Positions 17,317 through 27,733 of a DNA stretch of 64,000 nucleotides are shown in pieces. The stretch's first letter is position 1. The number at the start of each line of letters is the position of its first letter. The notes under the pieces were generated by a model. It searched no databases. It saw only the letters and a list, made by a program, of their open reading frames with translations, and was not told where the DNA came from. Origin of the DNA: Candidatus Sumerlaeia bacterium (lineage in GTDB: Bacteria > Sumerlaeota > Sumerlaeia > SLMS01 > JANRJK01); contig JANRJK010000013.1 of assembly GCA_033764015.1 (NCBI GenBank), forward strand, positions 64,001 through 128,000, given 5' to 3'. The position numbers and the translations under genes are program-made.

Positions 17317-18864
17317 TCAGCCGAGGCCCGCCTCCGCCAATTCCAGTGCGCGCAGCAGCGCCCGGGCTTTGTTCAGAGTCTCTTCATACTCGAGCTGAGG
17401 GTCGCTGTCGGCGACGATGCCGGCTCCCGCCTGCACGTAGGCGGTGCCTCCCTTGAGGATCGCCGTGCGCAGCGTGATGCACGAGTCCATGTTCCCATCG
17501 AAGCCGAAGTATACCACCGAACCGGCGTAGGGTCCGCGCCGCACCGGTTCCAGCTCGTCGATGATCTCCATGGCGCGGATCTTCGGCGCGCCGCTCACCG
17601 TGCCCGCGGGGAAGCACACCCGCAGCGCGTCGAGCGCATCGTGGTCCGCCGCGAGTTCACCGACCACGTTGCTCACGATGTGCATCACGTGGCTGTAGCG
17701 CTCGACCGTCATGAACGCATCGACCGTCACCGTGCCCGGTGTGCTCACGCGGCCCACATCGTTGCGGCCGAGGTCGACCAGCATCACATGCTCCGCGCGT
17801 TCCTTGGGATCGGCGAGCAGCTCCGCCGCGAGCGCCTCGTCCGCGGCGCGGTCCGCCCCGCGGCGCCGTGTGCCGGCGATGGGCCGGACCGTCACGCGCC
17901 GGTCTTTGCAGCGCACGAGGATCTCCGGCGAGGAGCCGGAGATCGCGAGTTCGCCGCACTTCAGGTGGAACATGTAGGGCGACGGGTTCACCGCCCGCAG
18001 CGCGCGGTAGAAGTCGAAGGGCGGGCAGGTGTGCGGCGATGCCAGCCGCTGGCTCAGCACCACCTGGAAGATGTCGCCCGCGAGGATGTACTCCTTCGCC
18101 TTCGCGATGGCGCTGAACCAGTCGGCGCGCGTGAAGCTGCTGCGCACCGCCAGCGTCGAGTCGCCGAGGTGCTCGCGCGCGACCGGGTTGCTGGTCACGG
18201 CGTCCGCGGTCGGCTCGACGCCGGAGACGTCGAGCAGTTTGCCGCGCTCCTCCGGGGCGGAGAGCCGCGCGAGGAGCTTCTCCAAGCGGGCGGCCGCCCG
18301 CTCGTAGGCGCGCTCGCCGTCGCCGTCCTCCGCGACGTGCGCGTGCGCGATCAGCACCATGCGGTGCCGCACATGGTCGAACGCCACCAGCGTGTCGGCG
18401 ATCATGAAGAGCGCATCCGGCAGGCCGAGCTCGTCGGGCAAGTCGTCCGGCAGACGCTCGAACTGGCGCACCACGTCGTAGGACAGGTAGCCGACCGCGC
18501 CGCCGCTGAAGTCGGGCAGGCGCTCGTCCTCCACGCGGAGGTAGTGGTTCATCAGGTGCCGCAGCGTCTCCAGCGGCGTCTCCCGCGTGCGGAAGTCCTG
18601 CTCTTCGCTGGCGAAGACGACCTCCTGCTCCGCGCCGCGCGCCTTGAACACGACCAGCGGGTCCGCGCCGAGGAAGGAGTAGCGGCCAAGGTGCTCGCCC
18701 TGCTCGACGCTCTCGAGCAGGAAGGCGAAGGGGCTCCCCGCTTCGAGCTTGCGGAACACCGAGACCGGCGTGTCGAGGTCCGCCAGGACCTCGGTGAAGA
18801 CGGGGATCAGGTTTCCGCGGCGGGCGCGTTCGAGGAACTCGGGAAGCGTGGGTAGCAGGCGCAT
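17317..18864 (-). CDS. trpE: Anthranilate synthase component I
   Basis: Motifs DLDTPVS, FLLESVE, GDIFQVVLSQR, NPSPYM, GSSPE, RPIAGT, EHVMLVDLGRND, PAGTVSGAPK. Alternative start at 18900. Confidence 0.93.
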   Translation of the reverse strand: MRLLPTLPEFLERARRGNLIPVFTEVLADLDTPVSVFRKLEAGSPFAFLLESVEQGEHLGRYSFLGADPLVVFKARGAEQEVVFASEEQDFRTRETPLETLRHLMNHYLRVEDERLPDFSGGAVGYLSYDVVRQFERLPDDLPDELGLPDALFMIADTLVAFDHVRHRMVLIAHAHVAEDGDGERAYERAAARLEKLLARLSAPEERGKLLDVSGVEPTADAVTSNPVAREHLGDSTLAVRSSFTRADWFSAIAKAKEYILAGDIFQVVLSQRLASPHTCPPFDFYRALRAVNPSPYMFHLKCGELAISGSSPEILVRCKDRRVTVRPIAGTRRRGADRAADEALAAELLADPKERAEHVMLVDLGRNDVGRVSTPGTVTVDAFMTVERYSHVMHIVSNVVGELAADHDALDALRVCFPAGTVSGAPKIRAMEIIDELEPVRRGPYAGSVVYFGFDGNMDSCITLRTAILKGGTAYVQAGAGIVADSDPQLEYEETLNKARALLRALELAEAGLG

Positions 18865-18918
18865 CGGATGCGTGGACTCCGTGACGGGGCAGGGCCGCAT
18901 TGTGGCGCGGCGCGCCGC

Positions 18919-19656
18919 TCAGGGCACGGGAAAAGTCGCTCCGCGCCGCGCGAGCAGCACCGCCCGCAGGCAGTCGTGCGGCGGCTCCAGCGTCCGCGAG
19001 GACAGGTCGTGCGGCGCGAAGAGCGCCTCCAGCGCGAGGCCCGCCTCCGCCAGCGTCCCCGGCAGCGCGCCGAGAGCGGGCACGAAGAGGTCGAAGTCCT
19101 CGGAAGCGCTCCCCTCCGGCAGGTCGATGTCGATCCCCGCGCGGAGCGTGGCGCCCCGTTCGTCCGATGCCAGCGCGTCCGCGTAGCGGAAATGGAAGCG
19201 CGCGCCATCCGCGCCCTCGTGCGTCTCGGCGAGCCCTTGGAGGCTGCGGGGCGCGCGGGCCGCGGCGATCTCCGCGACGAGCGTCCCGCCGGGCGCGAGG
19301 ATCCGGGCGCACTCCCGAAGGGCGGTGAGGAATCCCTCGGCGCTTCCCGCGTGGTTGAGCACCAGCAACCCCGACACGGCTCCACGGAAGATTCCGTCGC
19401 GGAAGGGAAGCCCGCGCATGTCGCCGAGCACCGCCCCGCTGTAGCGCCCCGCCGCCGGGGCGAGCCAATCGGCGCCAAGGTCGCAACCGGTTGCGCGGAC
19501 GCCGAGCGGGAATACCCCGGCGAGCCGCCCGCGTCCGCACCCGAGGTCGAGCGCCCGCGCGCCGGCGGGAACGCCGCGGAGCAGCGCTCCGTAAAACCCC
19601 GCCTCCTCCGCGTCCGGCGCGGGGAAGATGCGCTCGAAGGCGTCGGCGAAGCGCAC
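18919..19656 (-). CDS. Class I SAM-dependent methyltransferase
   Basis: Motifs ALDLGCGRG, GDMRGLPF, RILAPGG. Confidence 0.8.
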   Translation of the reverse strand: MRFADAFERIFPAPDAEEAGFYGALLRGVPAGARALDLGCGRGRLAGVFPLGVRATGCDLGADWLAPAAGRYSGAVLGDMRGLPFRDGIFRGAVSGLLVLNHAGSAEGFLTALRECARILAPGGTLVAEIAAARAPRSLQGLAETHEGADGARFHFRYADALASDERGATLRAGIDIDLPEGSASEDFDLFVPALGALPGTLAEAGLALEALFAPHDLSSRTLEPPHDCLRAVLLARRGATFPVP

Positions 19657-19659
19657 CGG

Positions 19660-20511
19660 TCAGAGGTCGTTGCAGGTCGCGCAGCGGGAGCGGAGGAACT
19701 CGCGCAGCGGGCGCCAGCGGCTCTCGTCGAGGCCCCAGCGCCCGAGCGCGGGCTCGCGCCCGGCGAGTGCGCCGTGGCAGTCGCTCCCTCCGCTGATGCG
19801 GAGCCCGCGGTCGAGCGCGAACACGGCCGCGCGCGCCTGCGACGTGGCGTCGTGCTCCGGGTGGAACGCCTCGACCCCCGCGAGACCGAGCGCGGCGAAC
19901 TGCGGCAGAAGGTCCCATTGGCGCCCGAGCGCCGGGTGGGCGACGAACACGCAACCCCCGGCGCCGTGGATCAGCCCCATGGCCTCGGCAGGGGGCACAT
20001 CCGGCTTCGGCGCGTTCGCCGGTTTCCCCTCGCCGAGGAACCGGTTGAACGCCTCGTCCCACGTCGCGACATGGCCGGCGTCCAGCAGCGCCTTGGCGAT
20101 GTGCGCGCGCCCCACATTGCCGCCGTCCGCCGAGGCCACCACCGCGTCCATGTCGAGGGGCGCCCCGGCGGCGGCAAGGCGCTCGCCGATCAGCCGGGCC
20201 CGCTCCAACCTGGCCGCCTTGATCCGCGCGCAATGCGCCACCAGCACGGTGTCGTCCGCGCGGACGCCATAGCCAAGCAGGTGCACCTCGCGCCCCGCCG
20301 CGTAGCAGGTGAGTTCTATCCCCGGGAGGAAGGCGACGCCGACCTCGCGCGCGCGGGCCGCCGCTTCGGCGAGCCCCTCCGTTGTGTCGTGGTCCGTGAG
20401 GGCGAAGGCCTCCAGACGGGCAGCGGCGGCTCGCTCGGCCACCCGGTGCGGCGGATCAACCCCGTCGGAGGCGGTCGAATGCGTGTGCAGGTCGGCGGTG
20501 ACGGACTCCAT
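19660..20511 (-). CDS. PHP-domain phosphoesterase (TrpH/YciV-like)
   Basis: Motifs DLHTHSTASDG, LTDHDT, GIELT, VHLLGY, GRAHIA, AHP, GGSDCHG. Confidence 0.88.
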   Translation of the reverse strand: MESVTADLHTHSTASDGVDPPHRVAERAAAARLEAFALTDHDTTEGLAEAAARAREVGVAFLPGIELTCYAAGREVHLLGYGVRADDTVLVAHCARIKAARLERARLIGERLAAAGAPLDMDAVVASADGGNVGRAHIAKALLDAGHVATWDEAFNRFLGEGKPANAPKPDVPPAEAMGLIHGAGGCVFVAHPALGRQWDLLPQFAALGLAGVEAFHPEHDATSQARAAVFALDRGLRISGGSDCHGALAGREPALGRWGLDESRWRPLREFLRSRCATCNDL

Positions 20512-20675
20512 ACGTTCACAATACTCGTGGCCCCTCCGCCGGACAACGCGGATCGGCGGCGAAATCCACCGCGCCCTTGAAGGTTTCCACCGGGGAGTCT
20601 GTATCTGGAGCATCGACTGCGCGACAGGCCGGCGGATGGACCCGGACGGCGCGTCCCACCCGAAGGAGATTCCCA

Positions 20676-22517
20676 ATGCGTCAATTGCTCGCCTCCGCCC
20701 TCGCCGCCGGCTTCGTGCTCGCGGGATCCGGTTTGGCCGTCACCGCCGGTGCGGCGCCCGCCGCGGCCCTCGCATCCGCTTCGCAATCGAACGCCGACGC
20801 GGCGAAGGTCGCCGTCATCACCGTCGGCACGGTGGTCGAAATGAAGGACGGCACCGACATCTTCCAACTGCAGGACGATGCCTGGACGCTCCGCGACTAC
20901 GTGCTGACGATCCAGAAGGCCAAGGAGGACCCCGAGGTGCGCGCGATCCTGCTGCAGCTGGACGGCCCGTCCTACGGCGCCGCGCAGCTCAGCGAGCTCC
21001 GCCGCGCGCTGGCGGACTTCCGTGCCTCCGGCAAGAAGATCTACGCCAGCGCCGACTTCCCCGGCATGGGGCAGTACGCGCTGCTTTCCGTCGCCGACGA
21101 AGTGGTCGTCCCCCCCTGCGGCGGACTCGAAGTCTACGGCATGCGCGCCGACATGATGTACTTCAAGGACACCCTCGCGAAGATCGGCGTCACCGCGCAG
21201 GTCGTGAACACCGGCAAGTTCAAGACGGCCATGGAACCCTTCACCCACAACGAGATGAGCGAAGGCACCATCATCCAGACCTCCGAGCTGATGGAGGACA
21301 TCTTCACGGAGTTCGCGGAAGGGGTCGCGGAATCCCGCGGAATGGACCTCGCGGACGCGAAGCGCGCGCTGACCGAGGGCCCCTACAACGCCAAGCAGGC
21401 GATCGAGGCCGGCCTTGTCGACAAGGCGGAATACCTGCCCGACGCGATGGCGGCCTGGGACGAGGAGGCGGGGAAGGAGCTCGAGTACGACTGGGAGTAC
21501 AGCCACAAGCCGCCGAAGAAGAAGGAGCCGCTCAACCTCTTCACCCTCTTCAGCGGCGCCGCGGCGAAGAAGAAGGCCGAGGACAAGTCGCCGAAGATCG
21601 CGGTCGTCTTCGCGCAAGGCGCCATCGCCGACGGCCGCTCCGAACCGAACCCCTTCGGCGGCGGCGGCGGAGGCATCTTCTCCGAGGACTTCATCGAGAC
21701 GCTCGACGAGATCGCCGAGGAGGAGAACCTCAAGGCGCTTGTGCTCCGCGTGGACAGCCCGGGCGGCAGCGCCAACGCGAGCGACCGCATCTGGCGCGAG
21801 CTGGAGCGCTTCCAGGAGGACGGCGTCCCCGTCATCGTCAGCATGGGCAACGTCGCGGCCAGCGGCGGCTACTACATCTCGATGGGCGCGGACCGCATCT
21901 TCGCCGAGCCCACCACGATCACCGGAAGCATCGGCGTGGTCGGCGGGCGCTTCATCCTCGGCGGCCTCTACGAGAAGGTCGGCCTCGTCCAGCACACCAT
22001 CGCGATCGGCCGCAACACCGGCCTGCAGGACCCCACCCGCGGCTGGAACAAGCGCGAGCGGGAAATCGTCCGCACCATGATCGACGACATCTACGAAACC
22101 TTCACCAGCAAGGTCGCCGAGGGCCGCGGCATGTCGCAGGATCGCGTGAAGGAGCTGGGCGGCGGTCGCGTCTGGTCCGGCGTGGACGCCCTCGAGAACG
22201 GCCTGGTGGACGAGCTCGGCGGCCTTGGCGAAGCGATCGCCTACGCCCACGAGGCGGCCGACGCGCCCGATGCCAACGTGGTGACCTTCCCCAAGGAGAA
22301 GGACTTCATGGAGGTGTTCGAGGAGCTCCTCAGCGGCGGCGCGGAAGCCCGCATCGCCGCCAGCGCCACCGCGAACCCGGGCTCCGAGATCATCGCCGCG
22401 CTCCGGCTCATCGTCCCCAAGCAGCAGCACGCCACGCTGAGCTTCCTCGTCGACACGCTCTCGGAAGGCAAGCCGGTGACGCTGATGCTCGCGCCGTGGA
22501 CCTTGACCATCGAGTGA
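20676..22517 (+). CDS. sppA: Signal peptide peptidase SppA (protease IV, long form)
   Basis: Two S49 domains with GKFKTAME, LRVDSPGGS, SMGNVAASGGYY, TITGSIGV, GGRVWSG. Confidence 0.92.
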   Translation: MRQLLASALAAGFVLAGSGLAVTAGAAPAAALASASQSNADAAKVAVITVGTVVEMKDGTDIFQLQDDAWTLRDYVLTIQKAKEDPEVRAILLQLDGPSYGAAQLSELRRALADFRASGKKIYASADFPGMGQYALLSVADEVVVPPCGGLEVYGMRADMMYFKDTLAKIGVTAQVVNTGKFKTAMEPFTHNEMSEGTIIQTSELMEDIFTEFAEGVAESRGMDLADAKRALTEGPYNAKQAIEAGLVDKAEYLPDAMAAWDEEAGKELEYDWEYSHKPPKKKEPLNLFTLFSGAAAKKKAEDKSPKIAVVFAQGAIADGRSEPNPFGGGGGGIFSEDFIETLDEIAEEENLKALVLRVDSPGGSANASDRIWRELERFQEDGVPVIVSMGNVAASGGYYISMGADRIFAEPTTITGSIGVVGGRFILGGLYEKVGLVQHTIAIGRNTGLQDPTRGWNKREREIVRTMIDDIYETFTSKVAEGRGMSQDRVKELGGGRVWSGVDALENGLVDELGGLGEAIAYAHEAADAPDANVVTFPKEKDFMEVFEELLSGGAEARIAASATANPGSEIIAALRLIVPKQQHATLSFLVDTLSEGKPVTLMLAPWTLTIE

Positions 22518-22550
22518 CCGCGCCGATAGGCAAACGGACATGAATCAACC

Positions 22551-22585
22551 GGAGGGGCTCCCGCGAGGGGGCCCCTTCCCATTTT
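22551..22585 (+). terminator. Terminator after sppA
   Basis: Imperfect GC hairpin GGAGGGGCTCC...GGGGCCCCTTCC followed by ATTTT. Confidence 0.5.
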
Positions 22586-22615
22586 CCCAGGCCCGCCGGG
22601 GCCCAGGGCAGCGCA

Positions 22616-23212
22616 ATGTTCGAGTTCCTGAAGCGCCTCTTCCACAAGCCCGCGCCCCAGACCCCCCTCGCCGCCGGGCACCTTGCTGACCTCGTCCGCA
22701 AGTACCGCCCCGCCGGCTTCTTTCCGGAGGACGCGGACCCGGAGGCGCTATCCTACGAACTGCTCGCACGCTTCGAGGAGACGACGCCTGTCGTCCCCGA
22801 GGACTGGCAGCACGACTCCTACCTGCTCGCTTGGCTGCTGCCTGACCGAATCTGGTGGGACGACCTCGAGGCGGACGTCTGCCCCGAGAACCGCGCCTAC
22901 GAGGAGTGGCTGGGCCGCCTCGTCGAGATTTCCCGCGGACACTTCCCCGCAGAGGACATCCGCGAGGAGTGGGAGGGCAGCGATCGGGTCCGCGTCACGT
23001 TCCGCCTAGGCGGCACGCGCCACGAGCTGACGCCCGTGGTGAACGACGACTGGCTCGATCCGCTGGTGCTTGAGCCGATCGACGCGTTGGTCAAGCCCTC
23101 CGGCTACTCCTTCCACCTCGTCGAAACCGGCGACCAGACCGCGATGGTGGTGGTGCTGACCAACAGCGAAGCGGCGGTGCTCAAGGCGCTGGGCTGGCGG
23201 CTGGCGTCGTAG
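22616..23212 (+). CDS. Hypothetical acidic protein
   Basis: 198-aa ORF with host-like codon usage and protein-like composition. Family not recognised. Confidence 0.7.
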   Translation: MFEFLKRLFHKPAPQTPLAAGHLADLVRKYRPAGFFPEDADPEALSYELLARFEETTPVVPEDWQHDSYLLAWLLPDRIWWDDLEADVCPENRAYEEWLGRLVEISRGHFPAEDIREEWEGSDRVRVTFRLGGTRHELTPVVNDDWLDPLVLEPIDALVKPSGYSFHLVETGDQTAMVVVLTNSEAAVLKALGWRLAS

Positions 23213-24794
23213 CGGGATCGCGCTCCAGCAAGAGCCGCAGCGCTTCCACCAGCGGATCGGGATCGAGCGGCATCGCGTAGTCGAACACGGACCGGAACGG
23301 TTCATCATCCAATAACTCCCAGAGCGACGGTCCCGACACACGGAGGAGCGAGTAGCTCTCCGCCCGTTCGGCCACTGGCTGGAAGCGCGGCGTGTAGGTG
23401 AACTCGAGGCCGAGCTCGCGCGCCTCCGCGAGCAGCTCGTGCGCGACGGCGTCTTCGAGCGCGGGCGCCGGGGCGCCGTTCTCGCCGACGTGGCGCGCCA
23501 ACGCGAGGATCACACGGGTGCGCACGCGCGCCATCGCGTCCATACGCTCCAGATTTCCGGGGGTGACGTCATCGGGGTCCTCGATGTATTGGCTCCACTC
23601 ATCGACCGGCGTGTTGTCGAGGTCGGCGACCGTGAAGAACGCGTATAGGCGCAGCTTGTCCGTCGCGTCGGCCCGGCCCTCGAGGACACGGGCGCCGAGC
23701 TTGCGGTACTCGTTTGCGAGCACCGGGCGCCATGCGTCGCGCCACCAGCCTGCGGGCTTTTCGTCGTAGAGCGCGCGCCACACGGTGGTGCTGGCCGGCT
23801 TGAGGCTGTCCGGCGTGCCCAGCAGTTCGTCGACCTTCGAGTCCACATAGAAGGCGGCGAGCGCCTTGCGGTGGCGCTCCACCTCGTCCGCGGGCGGCTC
23901 GGCGGCGAGCGCACCGTCCAGCGCGCGCCATTGCTCCTCCGTGCACGGGTTCGCGGACAGGACGATCCACCCGTGGATCGCAACCACTTCGAGCGCGTCG
24001 GGGCCGTCATAGGGCCCGCCGATGCGGTGCCAGGCGCGGGCCTGCGCCAGCAGTAAGTCGAAGTCGCGGTCGCGGGACTGGCGTCCAAGGACGCGAAGCG
24101 CGGAAAGCACCCGCATCGCCGCGCGCGCTCCGCCGGGGGAGGGCTCGAGGTCGCCGCCTGGCGTCGCGTCGATGAAGCTGCCGGCGAGCCGCCGCTCCGC
24201 GCCTTGCGCAACCGACTCCGCGACCTGCAGCAGGTCCTCCCGGAGAAGCGCCGGATCCCCGCACGCCGATGCGTGCGCGGCGTCGAACCCGGGGGTGCCT
24301 TCTTCATACGGGTTCGCAGCGGGCGCGATGAAGAGCGGCGCCGCCGGACGGCGCGGCGAGTCCGGCGAGAAGAGTCGAGCCTCTGCTGGTTGGCGCTCCG
24401 CAGCGGCGGCCGCCCAAGCCGGGTGGAGCGTCGATCGCCAACCGGTGTCGCACCGCACCGACCCGCCCTCGACGAGCAGCAGCATCGAGCTCAAGTGCAG
24501 GTCCGTGAAGCCGATGCGGGGCCGCCCGGGGGCGCGGGAGATGAACGCGGGAAGCGTCCTCCGGCCCACGTCGACCATCAGCGGGGCGTCACTCCCGGGC
24601 GTGGTCGAGTCGCGGCCGGAGGCGGGCGGCGCGGCTGCGCGCACCTGCGCCGCCAGCGGCTCGTATCCCGCATCCGACGTCCTCAAGTACGCGTAGGCCA
24701 CGAGCAGAACGGCGAAGCACGCCGCCGCCGCCAGCAGCAGCTTCGCGAGGCAGCCGGCGCGGCGGGTCCGGGTGTTGCCGGCTTCGTTCGCCAC
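23181..24794 (-). CDS. Hypothetical membrane-anchored protein
   Basis: GTG start with GGAGG RBS, N-terminal TM segment. No recognisable domain. Confidence 0.6.
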   Translation of the reverse strand: MANEAGNTRTRRAGCLAKLLLAAAACFAVLLVAYAYLRTSDAGYEPLAAQVRAAAPPASGRDSTTPGSDAPLMVDVGRRTLPAFISRAPGRPRIGFTDLHLSSMLLLVEGGSVRCDTGWRSTLHPAWAAAAAERQPAEARLFSPDSPRRPAAPLFIAPAANPYEEGTPGFDAAHASACGDPALLREDLLQVAESVAQGAERRLAGSFIDATPGGDLEPSPGGARAAMRVLSALRVLGRQSRDRDFDLLLAQARAWHRIGGPYDGPDALEVVAIHGWIVLSANPCTEEQWRALDGALAAEPPADEVERHRKALAAFYVDSKVDELLGTPDSLKPASTTVWRALYDEKPAGWWRDAWRPVLANEYRKLGARVLEGRADATDKLRLYAFFTVADLDNTPVDEWSQYIEDPDDVTPGNLERMDAMARVRTRVILALARHVGENGAPAPALEDAVAHELLAEARELGLEFTYTPRFQPVAERAESYSLLRVSGPSLWELLDDEPFRSVFDYAMPLDPDPLVEALRLLLERDPATTPAASPAP

Positions 24795-24824
24795 CGCACC
24801 ACCTCCGTTCGCCGCGTTCGGGCG

Positions 24825-26420
24825 CTAGTCCTCCGGGCTCGCCTCGGGAAGCACGAACTCGAGGCAGGTGCCCTTCGGATCGTCCAGGAACTGGAGCACG
24901 CCGCCGTGCAGCATCGTGACGCGGCGGGCGAAGTAAAGCCCGAGGCCCGCGCCGCCTTGCCGCCGCGTGAGCGGGTCCTCGAGCTGCGAGAAGCGCTCGA
25001 ACACGCGCTCGCGCTGCTCCAGCGGGATGACGTCGCCCTCGTTTCGGATCGAAAGGCGGACGGAGCCCTCCGCGTCGTGCCAGATGCGGATGGAGACCTC
25101 CGTGCGCTGCGTCGCGTACTTGATCGCGTTGTCGAAGACCGCGGCGAGCGCCTGCGTCATGCGCCCCTCGTCGATGAGCACCGGGGGGCAGTCGGGGCAG
25201 TAGGTCTCGCGGAGCACGAGGCCCTTCTGCGCGATGTCGCGCTCGCGCAGCCGCGCCACTTCGTGCATCACCTCGCCGAGCTGCGCCCGCACCGGCGACA
25301 GCGCGATCTGCTCGTTCTCGATCATCGAGATGTCGATGATCATGTTCACCAGGTTGCTCAGCCGCTCCGCGCTCGAGGAGACGATCCGCAGCAGGCTCGC
25401 CTGCGTCTCGTCCAGCCCCTTCGCGTACTGCTGCGTGAGGAGCGTCGACGCGCCGCGGAGCGAGGTGATCGGGGTGCGCAGCTCGTGCGAGACGACGCTG
25501 ATGAAGTGGCTCTTCATCTGGTCGATGCGGCGCAGCTCCGCCATCTCGTGCGTCACCGTGAGGTCTTCGACCGTGAAGAGCAGGCCGACCCCCATGCCGA
25601 TGAACTCGGCGGTGATGCGGATCTGGCGCACGGGGCGTTCGTCGTCGGCCGCGGTGTCGAGTTCGGACTTCAGCGTTGTGGCGACGCGGCAGCCGCTCTG
25701 CGCGGCGCGGTCGGCCAGTTTGCCGAGGTGGCGCGCCATCTCGCCGGGCTTCAGGTCGGAGAGCGGCAGGCCCGGCTCCGCGTTCAGCAGTTCGAGAAGG
25801 TGCAGCGCGGGGGCGTTCGCGTGCAGCAGCCGCGAATCGTCGTCCAGGATCAGGATGCCGAGCGGAAGCTGGTTGAGCGTGTGCTCGATCTGCCGGTTCG
25901 CCCGCTGCAGTTCGTAGGAGATGTGGGCCCGGTCGATGGAGACGGCGAGCACGTCGGCGACCGACTGCAGCAGCGCGAGGTCCGCGGCGTTCAACGGCGG
26001 GCGCTCTCGCCGGTTCGTGACGCTGATGACGCCCAGGCGGCGCCCCTCGTACCTGATCGGGCAGCAAATGTAGGTCTGCGTCGAGTAGCGGGTGGAGTCC
26101 ACATTGCGCGCCGCGCCGATGCGGGGCTCGCCGCTCCGGAACACCTCGCCCGCCACCGTGTCGTCGGCGGCCGGGGGCGGCTGGTCCGCGACGCCTTCCG
26201 GCAGGCCCCAGGCCGCCGCGAGCGCGAGCGCGTTCCTCGTCTCGTCGAACAGCATGATCGAGCAGCGGTCCACCGAGAGCACTTCGCGGATCATGGCGAC
26301 GGTCGCGTCGAGGACGCCCTGCAGCGAGTCCGCCCCCGCGACCAGCTTGGCGACCAGGCGGAACAATGTCGCCGCATCGCAGTGCGCGGAGGGCGTGGCG
26401 GAAGGGGGGGGAGTCGTCAA
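24825..26420 (-). CDS. Cytoplasmic GAF-PAS-HisKA-HATPase sensor histidine kinase
   Basis: GAF (RCSIML, ICCPI), PAS-like segment, H-box SHELRTPIT, N-box DNAIKY, G2 box GGAGLGL. Start uncertain (TTG). Confidence 0.88.
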   Translation of the reverse strand: MTTPPPSATPSAHCDAATLFRLVAKLVAGADSLQGVLDATVAMIREVLSVDRCSIMLFDETRNALALAAAWGLPEGVADQPPPAADDTVAGEVFRSGEPRIGAARNVDSTRYSTQTYICCPIRYEGRRLGVISVTNRRERPPLNAADLALLQSVADVLAVSIDRAHISYELQRANRQIEHTLNQLPLGILILDDDSRLLHANAPALHLLELLNAEPGLPLSDLKPGEMARHLGKLADRAAQSGCRVATTLKSELDTAADDERPVRQIRITAEFIGMGVGLLFTVEDLTVTHEMAELRRIDQMKSHFISVVSHELRTPITSLRGASTLLTQQYAKGLDETQASLLRIVSSSAERLSNLVNMIIDISMIENEQIALSPVRAQLGEVMHEVARLRERDIAQKGLVLRETYCPDCPPVLIDEGRMTQALAAVFDNAIKYATQRTEVSIRIWHDAEGSVRLSIRNEGDVIPLEQRERVFERFSQLEDPLTRRQGGAGLGLYFARRVTMLHGGVLQFLDDPKGTCLEFVLPEASPED

Positions 26421-26526
26421 CGGCGTCGGCGTCGGTCCTCGGGATTCGGAGGCGGTGGCCGCGCGACGACCACCGTGATCAGGGTAGGATGCCTATAGGA
26501 CAGCGCAAAGAGAAACCGTCGCGAAC

Positions 26527-27717
26527 TTAGCAGATTTCCTGTTCCGCGCCCACCCGCAGGCGCTCCGCGAGCAGGGCGTACAGGCGGTCCACGCCCGGAT
26601 CGCGGTGGCGGCTTGCGGCGGTCGCGAGGAACTCCACCGGCGGCCGTCCTTCCCTCCGCACCGAGCGCAGCCGGCTGCGGATCATGCTTTGCGCCGCGGG
26701 CGCCGCGGGGCGGTCGCTCTTGTTCAGGACCACGACGTCCGCCGCCTCCAGCGCCGCCAGCTTCTCGAGCTGGATCGGCGACCCGAACTCGTCCGTCATC
26801 ACCAGCACCGACAGGTCGAACGCGTCGGCGAAGGGCTGGTCCGCCTGGCCGATGCCGGCGGTCTCGACGATCACAAGGGGGAAGGGACCCTTGCGCAGGA
26901 ATGCCGCCATCTCGCGGACCGCGGGGCTGAGCGCGCTGGAAGTCCGCGTGGCGAGGCTGCGCGCGAAGACGCGCGGGTCGCCCGCGGAGAGCATCCGGAT
27001 CCGGTCGCCCAGCAGCGCGCCCGCCTCGCCCGATTCGCGGTCGATCGCGCCGGACGGGTCGGAGCACAGCACCGCCACCGGCTGGTCCGTGGCCTTCAAC
27101 CACCGGAGCACCAGCTCGTCGATGAGGGTGGACTTGCCCGCGCCGCCGGGGCCCGCGACCGCGACCACGCGCACCTGCCGGTCCGTGGCGTCCGCGGGGA
27201 GCAGCTCCGCCGCCGCGGCGCCCCGCTCGATCAGCGTCATCACACGGCCCAGCGCGAGCGGTTCGCCCTCGAGGGCGCGGGCCGCCAGGTCCGGAGGGTC
27301 CTCCGCGGGGACTCGGTCGCGGGCGATCCGGCGCACCACCCTCGCCATGTCGTCCAGCGTTTCGCCGGGAAGGAACACCCGCGCGACGCCGAGAGCCTTC
27401 AGCTCCGCCACGTCCTCGGGGGTGATCGTGCCGCCTCCGCCGCAGACGATCGCCGGCGAAGCGCCCGCGCGGCGGAGGTGCGCCGCGAGGTCCGCGACGT
27501 ACTCGACATGGCCGCCGTTGTAGGAACTGAGCCCGATCACGTCCACATCCTCCTGCACGGCGGCGTGGGCCACCTCCGCGGGGCTCTTGTGGAAACCGAT
27601 GTAGACCACCTCGACCCCATGAAGGCGGAGCGCGCGGGAGACCGCGACGATGGCGGCGTCGTGGCCGTCGCAGAGCGCGACGGCGGTGAGCGCGCGGATG
27701 GGGGCTTGCGATTCCAT
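26527..27717 (-). CDS. Cobalamin-binding domain fused to MeaB/ArgK GTPase (IcmF N-terminal half)
   Basis: Motifs CDGHDAAI, AVQEDVDVIGLSSYNGGH, GGGGTI, GPGGAGKST, GDRIRM, ETAGIGQ, FGSPIQLEK, NKSD. Ends without a mutase barrel. Confidence 0.85.
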   Translation of the reverse strand: MESQAPIRALTAVALCDGHDAAIVAVSRALRLHGVEVVYIGFHKSPAEVAHAAVQEDVDVIGLSSYNGGHVEYVADLAAHLRRAGASPAIVCGGGGTITPEDVAELKALGVARVFLPGETLDDMARVVRRIARDRVPAEDPPDLAARALEGEPLALGRVMTLIERGAAAAELLPADATDRQVRVVAVAGPGGAGKSTLIDELVLRWLKATDQPVAVLCSDPSGAIDRESGEAGALLGDRIRMLSAGDPRVFARSLATRTSSALSPAVREMAAFLRKGPFPLVIVETAGIGQADQPFADAFDLSVLVMTDEFGSPIQLEKLAALEAADVVVLNKSDRPAAPAAQSMIRSRLRSVRREGRPPVEFLATAASRHRDPGVDRLYALLAERLRVGAEQEIC

Positions 27718-27733
27718 AGGGGGCTCCCGGGGT

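Noticed and set aside
17317..20511. trp attenuator or leader peptide
   Set aside because: No Trp-rich leader ORF or terminator upstream of trpE. The PHP gene near trpE mirrors the known trpH/yciV arrangement and is not novel.
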